Shown here: piece by piece, positions 20,094 to 32,041 of the stretch
Layout: every line of letters begins with the position of its first letter
How positions within the stretch are numbered: position 1 is the stretch's first letter
Assembly (NCBI GenBank): GCA_964291265.2
Contig: OZ219747.1
Coordinates: forward strand, 3,008,001 to 3,072,000
Direction of reading: 5' to 3'
Source: Alphaproteobacteria bacterium
Lineage (GTDB): Bacteria; Pseudomonadota; Alphaproteobacteria; SP197
Length of the DNA stretch: 64,000 nt
Translations under genes and position numbers: made by a program
Notes under the pieces: model-generated
Told to the model about the DNA's origin: nothing
Database searches by the model: none
Seen by the model: the letters and a program-made list of their open reading frames with translations, nothing else

Positions 20094-20720
20094 TTAGCGG
20101 CCGATCCGCGGTTCCTTTCCGGTCACGAGACGGCGGATGTTGGCATGGTGACGGACGACGACGAGGAAGGCGACAAGGATCATCACGCTGGCGTACTGCC
20201 CGTCGTTCGTCACCATCCAGACGGCGACCGGTGAAGCGATGATGCTCGCCATCCCGGCAACGGACGAGATCCGGGTCAGGCCCGCCGCGGCCAGCCACAC
20301 CACCAGGATGGCCAGCCCCGAATGCCAGGACAGAGCCAGGGTGACGCCCAGCGCCGTCGCCACCCCCTTGCCGCCACGGAACACCAGCCACGGGTTGAAC
20401 ACGTGTCCCACCACGACGAAGAGCGCGGCAATGACGGCCATGTCGGGACCTCCCGTGTCATGGCCGACCAAGACGGCCAGCACTCCCTTGGCGTAGTCGA
20501 GAACCAGTGTCACCGCAGCCGGAAATCGACCCGCTGTCCGCAGAACATTGGTGGCGCCGATATTGCCCGAACCGGTCCTGAGGAGGTCATGGCGTCCGGC
20601 GAGCAGTGTCGCGAACAGCCCTATGGGCAGTGAACCGAGGAGCCATGCGGCCATGGCGCCCGCCAGGAAGGGCCACAGGTAGGGCAGGGCATCGAGCGTG
20701 AGCATGCGTTCGTCGAACAA
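20094..20720 (-). CDS. plsY: Glycerol-3-phosphate acyltransferase
   Basis: Motifs GSGNIGATNVLR, GGKGVAT and RHHANIRRL. Confidence 0.95.
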   Translation of the reverse strand: MFDERMLTLDALPYLWPFLAGAMAAWLLGSLPIGLFATLLAGRHDLLRTGSGNIGATNVLRTAGRFPAAVTLVLDYAKGVLAVLVGHDTGGPDMAVIAALFVVVGHVFNPWLVFRGGKGVATALGVTLALSWHSGLAILVVWLAAAGLTRISSVAGMASIIASPVAVWMVTNDGQYASVMILVAFLVVVRHHANIRRLVTGKEPRIGR

Positions 20721-20744
20721 GGAAGTCTCCCGATCACCGGGGCA

Positions 20745-22142
20745 TCATCCTGCGCCCGGCAACATGCCCGGTCCAGCCCTGCGCTCCGAAGCGTCTTGTC
20801 CCGGGGGCGTGGAGGCCAGCTCCATCACCGTGCGGCCACTGACCACGGTGCGGACCACGCGGCCGGTCACCGTGCGGCCCTCGAAAGGGGAGTTCTTGGA
20901 CTTGCTCTGGAACGCCTGGTTGTCGATCCGCCAGACCATCGAGGGATCGACCAGGACGATGTCCGCCGGACTGCCGATGTCAAGCCGGCCGGCCTTGAGA
21001 CCGAGCAGGTCGGCAGGTCGGCAGGTCACGAGGGCCAGCGCATCCACAAGGCCGAGTCGTCCCGAGGACACGATTTCGAGAACCAGGGGAAGAAGTGTCT
21101 CGAGGCCGACGACGCCGAAGGCCGCCTGGGCGAAAGGTTGTCTCTTGCTGTCCTGGTCGCGTGGCTCGTGGGCCGATACGACGGCATCGATCACCCCCCC
21201 GGCCAGGGCCGCCACCAGGGCCTGGCGGTCTTCCTCGCTGCGCAATGGAGGGCGGACCTTGGTGAAGGTGAGGTAGTCGCCCACGGCACTTTCGTTCAGC
21301 ACCAGATAGTGGGGGGCAGTGTCCGCGCTGACCGGCAATCCCCGAGACTTCGCCTGGCGCACGAGGTCGGCGCTCTCGGCGGTCGTGATACTGCTGAGAT
21401 GCAGGCGTCCTCCGGTCATTTCGACGAGGCGGATGTCGCGGGCGATCATGATGGTTTCGGCTTCCGGCGCCATGCCTTCCAGGCCCAGGCGCGTCGCCGT
21501 TTCGCCGCTGTTCATGACGCCGTCTCCGGTGAGATCGAGATCCTCCGGGTGGTGCATGATCAGGGCGTCGAAGACCGTGCCATAGGCAAGGGCGCGGCGC
21601 ATGACGTTGGCGTTCATGATCGGGCGGGGCCCGTCGGAGAAGGCGAGGGCCCCGGCTTCGCCGAGCAGCCCGAGTTCGGTGAGCTGCGTGCCCTTGCGGC
21701 CCTGCGTGACGGCGGCGACGGGATGGACTTTCACGAGGGAGGTCTCCCGTGCCCGCCGTTCGACGAAGTGAACGAGAGAGACATCGTCGATGGTCGGCCT
21801 GGTGGTCGGCATGCAGGCGACCGACGTGACGCCGCCCACGGCAGCCGAGCGGCTTGCCGTGTGGATTGTCTCCTGGTGTTCGAAACCGGGTTCTCTCAAG
21901 TGCGCCCGGAGATCGACGAGGCCGGGCGCCGCGATCAGTCCGCGAGCGTCGATCACGGTGGTCCCCGGGGGAATGGTCTCGCATGTCACGAGAGGGCCAA
22001 GATCGACGATGGTCTCGCCGTCGGTGAGAATTCCGCCGGTCTCGTCACGCCGGCTTGCCGGATCGATCAGGCGCAGGTTCAGGTAGGCCGTGCGTTCCGC
22101 CTTGCGCTTCTTGATCGAGATATCGGCAAGGCGCGGCGTCAC
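20745..22142 (-). CDS. pyrC: Dihydroorotase (pyrC/pyrC'-type)
   Basis: [14 protein letters not shown] and KVRPPLRS motifs; overlaps the pyrB stop. The first metal-binding His is replaced (RAH), so it may be the inactive PyrC' type. Confidence 0.9.
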   Translation of the reverse strand: MTPRLADISIKKRKAERTAYLNLRLIDPASRRDETGGILTDGETIVDLGPLVTCETIPPGTTVIDARGLIAAPGLVDLRAHLREPGFEHQETIHTASRSAAVGGVTSVACMPTTRPTIDDVSLVHFVERRARETSLVKVHPVAAVTQGRKGTQLTELGLLGEAGALAFSDGPRPIMNANVMRRALAYGTVFDALIMHHPEDLDLTGDGVMNSGETATRLGLEGMAPEAETIMIARDIRLVEMTGGRLHLSSITTAESADLVRQAKSRGLPVSADTAPHYLVLNESAVGDYLTFTKVRPPLRSEEDRQALVAALAGGVIDAVVSAHEPRDQDSKRQPFAQAAFGVVGLETLLPLVLEIVSSGRLGLVDALALVTCRPADLLGLKAGRLDIGSPADIVLVDPSMVWRIDNQAFQSKSKNSPFEGRTVTGRVVRTVVSGRTVMELASTPPGQDASERRAGPGMLPGAG

Positions 22143-23104
22143 TGGTTGTGTTCCGGGTGGTCGAGATTGCCGGTGAGGAGCTCGAGACAGGCCTGGCGTA
22201 TGGCGACGCCCATCTCGACCTGATCGAGGATGACGCTGCGATTGATGTCGTCGGCCACCTCGCTGTCGATCTCGACGCCCCGGTTCATCGGGCCCGGATG
22301 CATGATCAGGGCATCGGGTCTGGCGTGGGCGATCTTCTCGTAGGTCAGCCCGTAGAACTGGAAGTACTCGCGTTGGGAAGGCACGAAGCTTCCCTGCATC
22401 CGCTCCGTCTGCAGGCGCAACATCATGACGATGCCGGCGTCCTTCAGGCCCTCGGTCATGTCGTGATGAACCTCGACACCGTAACGGTCGACCCCCGGCG
22501 GCAGCAGTGTCGGAGGGGCGACGAGACGCACCCTGGCGCCCATGGTGTTGAGGAGGAGGATGTTGGAGCGGGCCACCCGGCTGTGGGCAATGTCGCCGCA
22601 GATGGCGACTGTCAGGCCGCTCAGGCGTCCGAGGCGGCGGCGGATGGTGAGCGCGTCCAGCAGGGCCTGGGTCGGATGTTCATGGCTGCCGTCGCCGGCA
22701 TTGATCACGGCGGCCCTGACGGAGCGGGCCAGGAGCTTGACCGCACCGCTGTCGGGATGCCGCACGATGAGCAGGTCGGGATGCATCGCGTTGAGGGTTG
22801 CCGCCGTGTCGACCAGGGTTTCGCCCTTCTTGATGGCACTGGTCGAGGGAGCCATGTTGATGACATCGGCGCCGAGGCGCTTGCCGGCGAGTTCGAACGA
22901 GGTCCGGGTCCGCGTCGAGTTCTCGAAGAACATGTTGATCTGGGTGCGGCCGCGCAGCAGGTCGCGCTTCTTCTCGGCGCGCCGGTTGAGCGCCACGTAG
23001 GTGTCGGCCAGGTCAAGAAGAAGGTTGATGTCGTCCCGGGACAGGTCCTCGATGCCAAGCAGGTGGCGATGAGGAAAACTCGAGGGCGTGACATCGTACG
23101 GCAT
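22139..23104 (-). CDS. pyrB: Aspartate carbamoyltransferase catalytic subunit
   Basis: Motifs [23 protein letters not shown] and HPGPMNRG. Confidence 0.97.
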   Translation of the reverse strand: MPYDVTPSSFPHRHLLGIEDLSRDDINLLLDLADTYVALNRRAEKKRDLLRGRTQINMFFENSTRTRTSFELAGKRLGADVINMAPSTSAIKKGETLVDTAATLNAMHPDLLIVRHPDSGAVKLLARSVRAAVINAGDGSHEHPTQALLDALTIRRRLGRLSGLTVAICGDIAHSRVARSNILLLNTMGARVRLVAPPTLLPPGVDRYGVEVHHDMTEGLKDAGIVMMLRLQTERMQGSFVPSQREYFQFYGLTYEKIAHARPDALIMHPGPMNRGVEIDSEVADDINRSVILDQVEMGVAIRQACLELLTGNLDHPEHNQ

Positions 23105-23427
23105 GATCAAGGAAGCATACCTACACCACCACACTCCGTCCGTCATCCACAGGTTCTGTCATGTTCGCCCGCCAGTCATGATGCCCTCCGCAATCGGCAG
23201 GTCGGCAGGGCGAGGATGCGTTCGCCGAAGGGAAGCGCCGCTTCTCCGTCGAGGAGTGGGCCGAAGATGAGGGCGGTCACGTTCAAGCGCACCGGCATCA
23301 ATGCCGGGCGGGGGGCGCGGCAAGGCGGGAATCGGTCAGACGAAGATCTGGCACCTGGGCAGTTGCGGGAAAGTACTTGCTCTTTTCTCGTCGGGAAAAC
23401 TTGGTATTCATGGTCACTGGAATATGC

Positions 23428-23934
23428 ATGGTAGAAGGGTTGAACGTGGAACAAGGGATTCGTGTTGCAGATGAAGTCTGGATCGTGGCGGCATCACTGC
23501 ACCGCGATCATCCGAACCGTTCGGACTTCACTATCGGCGAAATCATGGCACGGGCCGAGTCCGAGAACGTGACGGGGAGACAGCCGCTGCGTCCGGGGGG
23601 CAGAGTGCACGCCTGTCTTCACTGCGTTGCCAACAGGCCTCCCAATCCAGGCCGGTATCGCATGCTCGTCGAAACGAAGCATGGGCGGCGGCGGCTGTTC
23701 CGGCCGGGCGACCCGTGCCACCCGCTTCGAACTGCGGGAAAGGACATGCCCAGGCGCCATGAGATCCCGAGCCGTTTTCACGACCTCATCGATTGGTACG
23801 TCGCGGAGTACGCAGGAGGAGCGTCGGACGATCCCGAAGATCCCGTCCTGTTGCTGCGAGGGCTCGGCGCGGAGATCTGGGCGGACGAGGACGCGGATGA
23901 GTATGTCCGCCGCCAGCGGTCCAGCTGGCCATGA
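23428..23934 (+). CDS. Putative antitoxin with an uncharacterised N-terminal domain
   Basis: Directly upstream of the PIN gene. The C-terminal LRGLGAEIWADEDADEYVRRQRSSW resembles VapB-type neutralising tails. Confidence 0.6.
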   Translation: MVEGLNVEQGIRVADEVWIVAASLHRDHPNRSDFTIGEIMARAESENVTGRQPLRPGGRVHACLHCVANRPPNPGRYRMLVETKHGRRRLFRPGDPCHPLRTAGKDMPRRHEIPSRFHDLIDWYVAEYAGGASDDPEDPVLLLRGLGAEIWADEDADEYVRRQRSSWP

Positions 23935-23938
23935 GCAG

Positions 23939-24055
23939 GTCAGCGTTCGGTCCAGGGGTGATGATGATGACGGTGGCGACTCCGCACGGTCCCGGGTTTC
24001 GCCCGCATTCGATCAGTTCCACGATGCTCCTGTCACTGCGTGACCGAACGCTCAA
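23939..24055. mobile_element. MITE with IS66-type ends, copy 3, with 8-bp TSD ATGAGCAG
   Basis: GTCAGCGTTCGGTC ... GACCGAACGCTCAA, with ATGAGCAG at 23931-23938 and 24056-24063. Confidence 0.85.
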
Positions 24056-24478
24056 ATGAGCAGGATATTCCGGGACACCAACCTGTTCGTGTATCTCCTT
24101 GAGGACAAGGGCGAACTGACCGAGAGAGTGTTGCTTTTGCGTGAGCGAATGGTCGAACGCGACGACGAACTGCTGACTTCGGCACTGACCCTCGGCGAAC
24201 TCCTCATCAAGCCCATGGAGGCGGACAACGACTTTCTCGTACGCCGCTATGAGCAAGCGATCGCGGCCGCCGCTGCCGTGATACCGTTTGACCGGACGGC
24301 GGCCCCCGTGTTCGCAGCCATTCGCCGAGATCGGACGATCCGGCCTCCGGATGCGATCCAGCTTGCATGCGCCTCGGTGGCGGGCGTCGACCTGTTCATC
24401 ACGAACGACAGACGTCTCAGCCGGAGAGTGGTCCCCGGCATCCAGTTCATTCAATCGCTCGAAGTTGTGGCCCTTTGA
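24056..24478 (+). CDS. vapC: PIN-domain (VapC-like) toxin
   Basis: Motifs DTNLFVY, TLGELL, PDAIQLA and FITNDRRL. Confidence 0.85.
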   Translation: MSRIFRDTNLFVYLLEDKGELTERVLLLRERMVERDDELLTSALTLGELLIKPMEADNDFLVRRYEQAIAAAAAVIPFDRTAAPVFAAIRRDRTIRPPDAIQLACASVAGVDLFITNDRRLSRRVVPGIQFIQSLEVVAL

Positions 24479-24584
24479 CCTCGGGAAGGCCCGCGATGAG
24501 CAAGGACTCTCACGTTCCAGATTGAAGCGTTCGCGATACGAACGCGGATTCGATCGTGGCGCGACGAGGTGATCCAGGCGCTCA

Positions 24585-24697
24585 CCCGGGCGCCGGGTGA
24601 GCGCAGCCTCTCCGGTGTGCGCACCCGGGCCATGGTCATGAAGGCCAGCATGATGAGGATGACCGAGAGACCGTAGAACCCCGCAGGCAACACGCAA
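24585..24697 (-). pseudogene. Second fragment of the putative transposase at 29794-31899
   Basis: Near-identical to 31076-31188 (LPAGFYGLS.ILIMLAFMTMARVRTPERLR). Confidence 0.75.
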
Positions 24698-24852
24698 GCA
24701 AGGAAGACGACACCTTTGGTGGAGGCGAACAGCACCATGGCCACCCGGGCGCTGCGTGACGGATCGATGAGGAAGAAGACGGAGTCGGCGCTGACCGCGG
24801 TCCACAGCCAGGCCTTCTGCGAGCGCCCCGAGGCCTTGAGGGACTGGATGCG
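24698..24852 (-). pseudogene. IS66 transposase, segment downstream of the intron insertion (truncated)
   Basis: RIQSLKASGRSQKAWLWTAVSADSVFFLIDPSRS joins in frame to ...HGDETSW at 28738. Confidence 0.8.
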
Positions 24853-24987
24853 GTGTGCCAGCATCCATGTTTCCCGGCAAGGTTTTTTGCGGGTGTCCGT
24901 GGTGATGTTTTCTGTGGTTGTCCACAGCGGTCTGGGGTTCCGCCTTGTCGATGTTCTTGTCCTGCGAGCGAGGCGACATGCAGCTTG

Positions 24988-25258
24988 TGGTCCCGGCGGC
25001 ATGGGCGGGTTGTTGTCCATTGATCATGGTAACGTTACCGGCGAGTGCGGTCGCTTTGCCGCCGGCGTTCCCGGACATGGTAACGTTACCGTGTTTGATG
25101 AAGTTCCAGGTGTCATGCGTCCCGGCGGCATGAGCGAGTTGCCGTCCATTGATCACGGTAACGTTACCGATGAGCGCGGCCACCTTGCCGCCCAGCGTCC
25201 CCGGGCATGGTAACGTTACCGTGATCAAGGGGGTTCCAGGTGTCATGTGTCCCGTCCG
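24988..25258. repeat. Imperfect ~129-bp tandem duplication containing four GGTAACGTTACC palindromes
   Basis: Palindromes start at 25028, 25079, 25157 and 25209 (spacing 51/78/52). TTCCAGGTGTCATG occurs twice. Confidence 0.85.
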
Positions 25259-25533
25259 TAGCCGCGCGGCGGTTCGATCTCCTCGAGAGCCTCGATGTCG
25301 GCCTCGACGATGATCTGCAGACGTTCTCCGTAAGCCGTGTCGCGCAGGGAGTCGGGAAGACTGTCGAGACAGTCTCGATAATGCTCCTGCAATGCACCGA
25401 GCTCGGCCACCGCATCGCGCCAGCGTTGCGCACGGGAACGACGGTCGCAGGGCTTTCGGTGGTGGACGGCAGGGATGCCGGCCTTGCGGCGTTCCCGATA
25501 ACGGCGCTGCTTCTCGGCAGGGGTGAGGGCCAT
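25243..25533 (-). CDS. 96-aa hypothetical passenger protein of IS110
   Basis: AAGGAG RBS, with the ATG about 30 bp after the transposase stop. Basic N-terminus MALTPAEKQRRYRERRK and an acidic, probably helical C-terminus. Confidence 0.75.
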   Translation of the reverse strand: MALTPAEKQRRYRERRKAGIPAVHHRKPCDRRSRAQRWRDAVAELGALQEHYRDCLDSLPDSLRDTAYGERLQIIVEADIEALEEIEPPRGYGRDT

Positions 25534-25562
25534 GAGGGTGTCTCCTTCGCTCACTCGCAAGG

Positions 25563-26715
<1,153 letters not shown>

Positions 26716-27177
26716 CTCTGCAACCATAGACCGGGCCCTCTCCCACAGTCGGGGTTGTCCACATTTTCCCGCCGCCAACCGCTGTGGATGATTGCATCAT
26801 CACGGGGACAAAACCTGGTCATATAAGGCGAACTGGCGGAAGGTAGGGGGTGAAAGTCCCCTGAAACGAAGGAGTAACCAAACCACGTTTCTCCGCGAGC
26901 CGTGCGTCGGTTCCCGCGAGGGGGCAGGCGAAGCGTCGGTAGCGGTACGGATGGGCAGGGCTAATGAGCACCGAAAAGTCCGTTGTTCGGGGTGCCGAGG
27001 CTTTCGCATCGGTCGAAGGCAACATCGCAGGCATCGATTTGGTGAGATGTCGGCGAGCCCCGCGGTGTCGGAGAACCCATGCACGTCCGCACGCCTTCTG
27101 TTGGGACCCTGGGAGGTCTTCGAACTATCCCGCCTGTCGTGGCGGGACCGTGTAGGGAAAGGAGAAAGCCGAAGCCT

Positions 27178-28665
27178 ATGAGGAACGGTTTGAAGAAGTC
27201 GGATGGGGCCGTAAGACCGGTGAAGGCGGCGAACAAGGGAGCGTCAGCTTCTGCGGAGTCGCTGGAGGAAAGGGCCTCAACCAAGGGGAATCCGGGACGC
27301 CAAAGCACGCACCGAACGCAGTGTCGGGCAAGTGTGCCACAGGCGGCGGACCGGATACGGGAAGCTGCAGAGAGGAACCCGAAGGAGCGTCTCACTGCAC
27401 TCTTCCATCACATTACGCCGGACGCGCTCCGGGCGGCCTACTTCGGTTTGAAGAAGGAAGCCTCGGCAGGTGTCGACGGCGTGACGTGGGCGGCGTATGG
27501 CGAGGGTCTGGACGAGCGCTTGCTTGATCTGCACTCGCGCCTGCATCGTGGGGGAGCGTACCGGGCGCCGCCGGTTCGGCGGGTTGAGATACCCAAGCCG
27601 GACGGCGGGACACGACCGCTCGGGATTGCCGCACTGGAGGACAAGATCGTCCAGAAGGCGGTTGTGGATGTGATCCTGACACCGATTTATGAGGTGGAGT
27701 TCCTTGGCTTCAGCTACGGGTTCCGACCGGGCCGAGGGGCGCATGACGCTCTCGACGCCCTGGCGTTCGGGATCGAGCGGCGCAAGGTCAACTGGATAGT
27801 CGACGCGGACATTCAGGGGTACTTCGACACAATCCCGAGGGATTGGTTGATCAAGTTCCTGGAGCATCGCATTGGCGACAGGCGGGTGATCCGTCTGATC
27901 CGCAAGTGGCTGAACGCTGGCGTCATGACCGACGGATCATGGAGCGACACCGGTGCGGGCACGCCTCAGGGCGCCATTGTCAGCCCCTGCCTGGCGAACG
28001 TGTTTCTGCACTACGTGCTCGATCTGTGGTTTCACAAGGCATGGCGTCCGAAGGTTCCGAACGGTAAAGCGATCATTGTCCGCTACGCGGACGATATTGT
28101 GGTCGGGTTCCAGCATAAGCGGGATGCGGAGACATACCTTCGCGACGTTCGGGAGAGGCTGGACCGCTTTGGTCTCACCCTTCACCCGGACAAGACCCGT
28201 CTCGTTGAGTTTGGACGGTTTGCCAAGGCGAACCGGCGATCTCGCGGGGCGGGCAGGCCGGAGACGTTCGACTTCCTGGGCTTCACGCACTTCTGCACGG
28301 AGACCCGGAGAGGACGCTTCAGGCTTGGTCGCAAGCCGGTCGCAAAACGGGTCGCAAGGACCCTGGCGCGCATCGAGGAGGTGCTTCGCAATCGACGGCA
28401 TCACGACATATGGGAGGTCGGCATGTGGCTTGGGCGAGTTGTCAATGGCTGGTCCAACTACTTCGCCGTTCCGGGGTCGACCCGATGGCTGCGCACGTTC
28501 CGCCAAAGGCTGCAACGCCTATGGCTGCGAGCGATCCGCCGCCGCTCCCAGCGCCACTGCTTTGACTGGAAGCGATTGGAGCGCATGACCGAGCTTCTTT
28601 GGCCGCGCGTCTCCATCCGCCACCCATGGCCGGACCAGCGGTTTACCGTCAAGCACCCGAGGTAG
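27178..28665 (+). CDS. ltrA: Group II intron reverse transcriptase/maturase (no obvious endonuclease domain)
   Basis: AGVDG, IPKPDGGTRPLGI, SYGFRPGR, DADIQGYFD, GTPQG, YADD and FDFLGF motifs; X domain. Confidence 0.95.
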   Translation: MRNGLKKSDGAVRPVKAANKGASASAESLEERASTKGNPGRQSTHRTQCRASVPQAADRIREAAERNPKERLTALFHHITPDALRAAYFGLKKEASAGVDGVTWAAYGEGLDERLLDLHSRLHRGGAYRAPPVRRVEIPKPDGGTRPLGIAALEDKIVQKAVVDVILTPIYEVEFLGFSYGFRPGRGAHDALDALAFGIERRKVNWIVDADIQGYFDTIPRDWLIKFLEHRIGDRRVIRLIRKWLNAGVMTDGSWSDTGAGTPQGAIVSPCLANVFLHYVLDLWFHKAWRPKVPNGKAIIVRYADDIVVGFQHKRDAETYLRDVRERLDRFGLTLHPDKTRLVEFGRFAKANRRSRGAGRPETFDFLGFTHFCTETRRGRFRLGRKPVAKRVARTLARIEEVLRNRRHHDIWEVGMWLGRVVNGWSNYFAVPGSTRWLRTFRQRLQRLWLRAIRRRSQRHCFDWKRLERMTELLWPRVSIRHPWPDQRFTVKHPR

Positions 28666-28737
28666 GAGCCGGATGGATTAACGTCCATGTCCGGATCTGT
28701 GCGGGGGGTGCGCAGCAATGCGCATCCCTACCGCGAC

Positions 28738-29793
28738 CCAGCTGGTCTCGTCGCCGTGGCGCACCGTCAGCCGGTTCTGATGATCGAGGATGGCCTGCGC
28801 GAGAGGCGCGAACATCGGCGTCATCTTCTTCATGCCGCCAGCGATCGTTCCCGGCGCCATCGGCAGTCCCTGGTCTTCCAGCCATCGCGAGACCCGGCGC
28901 AGGGGACGCAAGCAGGCGAAGCGCTCATAGAGCACGCATGCCCAGACACTGTTGCCGTAGGGGGTATTCGCAAACAGGCGCAAAGGTGGCGGCGCGATGA
29001 TCTCCGCAGGCGCCGACGAACACTGACAACCACGGCGCCAACGCCCACGCTCAATCCGCCGGACATGAGCCTTGACATGGACCTCCATGATCGAGGTCTC
29101 GTGGCTGCCGTTGGCCACATAGGGCTCGCCGCAACACGGGCACGTGCGCTGCGATGCCGGTGGATCATGGCGCTCGTGCTTCTCCTCGAGCTTCGGACGC
29201 GGGGTGCGCCCATGGCCGCTCTTGCCAGGTTGCTGACCCCGCTTGTTCCCGGTGCCTGCCTTCTTCTTCCGCTTCTCGCTCTTCGACCCGAAGCGCGCCT
29301 TCGCGTGCTTTTCACGCGTCTCGCGCAGCTTCGACAACTCGTTCTCCTGTTCAGCGTTCTTGAGCTTCAGAGCGTCCCTTTCCCGCTCCAGCGCCTCCGC
29401 CAGGGCCTGTACCCGCTTCACCTCCCGGCGAGCCTTCTTGAGCTGATCACGAGTGCGGTCGAGATGAAACTTGAATGTGCCCGCACGGGCACGGGCAGCA
29501 ATCTCCGCACAGCGCAGGTCACGCATACGCGCTTCCGCCGCATCCGCACGAACCCGCTCCGCCTCGTAGAGCGCCTGCCAGTCAGGCGCCTCGCATGACA
29601 AGGCCGCTGACGCCCGACACAAGGCCGTCACCACCTCCCGTCAGCTGCTGTGTCGCTCCGCGCGTCTCGGCAAAAGTCTTCATGGCCTCGACCATAATCG
29701 AGACCAAACGAGTTTACCAGCACTTTCTCAGACAATAGTCAGCAAGCCCCAAATCAACCAAAATCAGCCATCACCGCACGGCCGAACGCTTAC
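28738..29793 (-). mobile_element. IS66 family element: left end and 5' part of the transposase
   Basis: Terminus GTAAGCGTTCGG at 29793 (minus). Coiled coil, FGSKSEK, RGQQPGKSGHGR, CPCCG finger and HGDETSW. Confidence 0.85.
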
Positions 29794-31899
29794 GTTGGCC
29801 AGGCCGAGGATGTTGACCCTGAGGATGCCGCTTTCGTGGTCCGGCTCGATGCTGGCATCGGCGGTCATCAGGGCGGCGATGAGGGTGCGGACTGTGTTGG
29901 GTCGCGCCTTTCCCCGGATCACGGGGGCATCATGCGGGTTTCGGCGCGATAGCAGATCATGCGGACGAGATCGATGAGGAGGCGTTGCGTTCGTGGCAGG
30001 GTGTCGGGCTTGTCGCTGTCGGCAAGTTCGCCGACACGGACATGGCTGGCCAGGGTTGAGCGGCGCTCCTTGAGTTCGGCGAGGTCCTCCTCGATGGCGC
30101 CGACCTCGGCAGCGAGAGCGTCTGTTGTCTTGCCCTTGGCGGTGGCCCTGGCGACCCGCACATGCAGCTGAGCGAGGCGCGCCTGGTTCTTCTGGATGGT
30201 CTTGTCCACGGTCCTCATGTGCGGATTGACCACGAGGGTGTCGTCATCGAGCGTCTCGAAGCCATGCTCCGGCAGAGCGTCAAGGTTCCAGGCGTCACGC
30301 ATGTACTTGAAGAAGTTCTCCTGAACCCAGCGCGAGAACATGGCCTGAGGCGACCTCTTCCATGGCCATCTGCGGGATGGGTGGTGATGAGCGGCACCTG
30401 GCGGCCATTGTCCAGGAGGCGGCGGATCTGGCGGACCTTGTGGCCCTTGGCCAGAGTGACCTTCTTCTCGGCCAGTCGGACCTTTGTCGAGGTGATCCCC
30501 GCCGGCCCATGAAGTGGCACCGTGCATTCCGTGAAGTCCTCGACTGGCCAGTCCTTGCCCTTGAAGTTCTTGTGCCAGGTGATGACCGCGATGCCGCGGC
30601 GCGCCAGACGGTGGAACAGGTCCGGGCTCCAGCCCTCGCGGTCGAAGACCAGGGTGACCGCCGGCTGGCCGCCGCGAAGAAGGTCGCCGGCATCCCCGGT
30701 GACGACCCCCAGGGTCTCCAGCTCAGGCACCACGTCATGCTCCAGGGCCCGCACCATCTTGCTGTCGAGATCCTTGTGGAGACATACCAGAGGGGCGCCC
30801 GAAAGAGCGTTGATCCAATAGCTTGCCGTGGCCGGAAGGCAGAGCTTCTGGCGCTTGACGAAGTGCTTCGGCACCTTGCCCTTGCCGTGGTAGACCTTGA
30901 CATGGCCGTCCACCGCCAGCGTCATCCAGTCCTGCGAGCCGTCCTCGAGCCATGACCGCCCGAGGACCCGTTGCCATGCTTCCACCGTCTCGGGAGAAGC
31001 GGCAAGGGCTGCCACCTTCCTCCTTGAGGGTCTTGACCTCCGGGCATCGGTCGAGACCCAGCAGAAGACCCCATTCCCCGGGCGCCTGGTAGCGCAGCCT
31101 CTCCGGCGTGCGCACCCGGGCCATGGTCATGAAGGCCAGCATGATGAGGATGGTCGAAAGACCATAGAACCCCGCAGGCAGACGCAAGACGCGGTGCGCC
31201 GTCTCGAGGAGACCCTCCCGCAGCAGCATCGGCAGGGCCCGCAAGGACCCCGCCTCTCTCGACCGCAAGGGCCTTCGTGTCGAAGCGGGGAGAGGCTTCC
31301 TCCATCATCCCCGTGGAAGCCAGGAGGCGCCCCTCGACATCGTGGCAGGCCCGTGCAATCGCCGGACGCCGGGCCTCCTTCGAGCGTTGCGAGCGTTCGC
31401 TCGCCATGGCGTCCTCGGCCACCGGCTCCTTGATCGGAGCCTTGATGATGCCCGACCGCAGGTTCTCGTTGAAGGTGCTGTGCGACACGCCCAGTGCACG
31501 GGCACAGGCGCGTCCGCTGGTGCCCGAGGCCAGCATCGTCTCGGCGCGCCGCGCCATCGCCGGGGAGATCACCGTGCGTCTGCGCGGCCGCTGCGGTGCA
31601 CCGAAAGCCGTCTCGCCCTTGGTCTCCAGGAGCTTCGCCGCACGGTAGACGGTGGGCCGCGAGACATCGAAGGCCCTGGCCAGGTCGACACAGCGCACGC
31701 CGGCGACCGTGAAGAACCTGGCGATGCGCAGGGCCTGGGCACGGGTGTCATGGGCGGCATGGCAGTCGAAGGGCTCGAGATTGGAGAAGTACCACGCCTG
31801 ATCACCGATGACGGCCCATGAGAAGGACGAGGCGATGGGTGTGGCATGGGCTCCCTGGAGCGGTAGGGAGGGTGTCATGGCGAGCCAAAAGTGGAACAT
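29794..31899 (-). pseudogene. Large putative DDE transposase (HTH + VDGHVKVYHG / FDREGW / RWVQENFFKY), frameshifted and cut by IS66
   Basis: Motifs are spread over several frames (30922-31899, 30735-31268, 30215-31015, 29919-30527). It ends abruptly at the IS66 terminus. Confidence 0.75.
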
Positions 31900-32041
31900 G
31901 CGACATTGGACGCATTATCGCCACATGTCAAGCGGAATCCGCGCTGAAACAGCCAGAAACACAAGGAAACAGTGGAGTTTCCTGAGCAGTGTGATATGCC
32001 CCATCAGAAGAGCAGGTCAGGATGTCCGACTTTGGCGTGAC

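Noticed and set aside
23176-23300. Fragment 'LDGEAALPFGERILALP' resembling the C-terminus of AAA/DUF4143 ATPases
   Set aside because: Too short to support a call; at most a relic.
24522-24535. IS66 right terminus (TGAAGCGTTCGCG)
   Set aside because: Only a partial match, and the flank does not reproduce the 8 bp beside the left end (GTTGGCCA).
24988-25258. CRISPR array
   Set aside because: The repeats are only 12-bp palindromes, spacing alternates, the intervening segments are themselves duplicated, and no cas genes are present.
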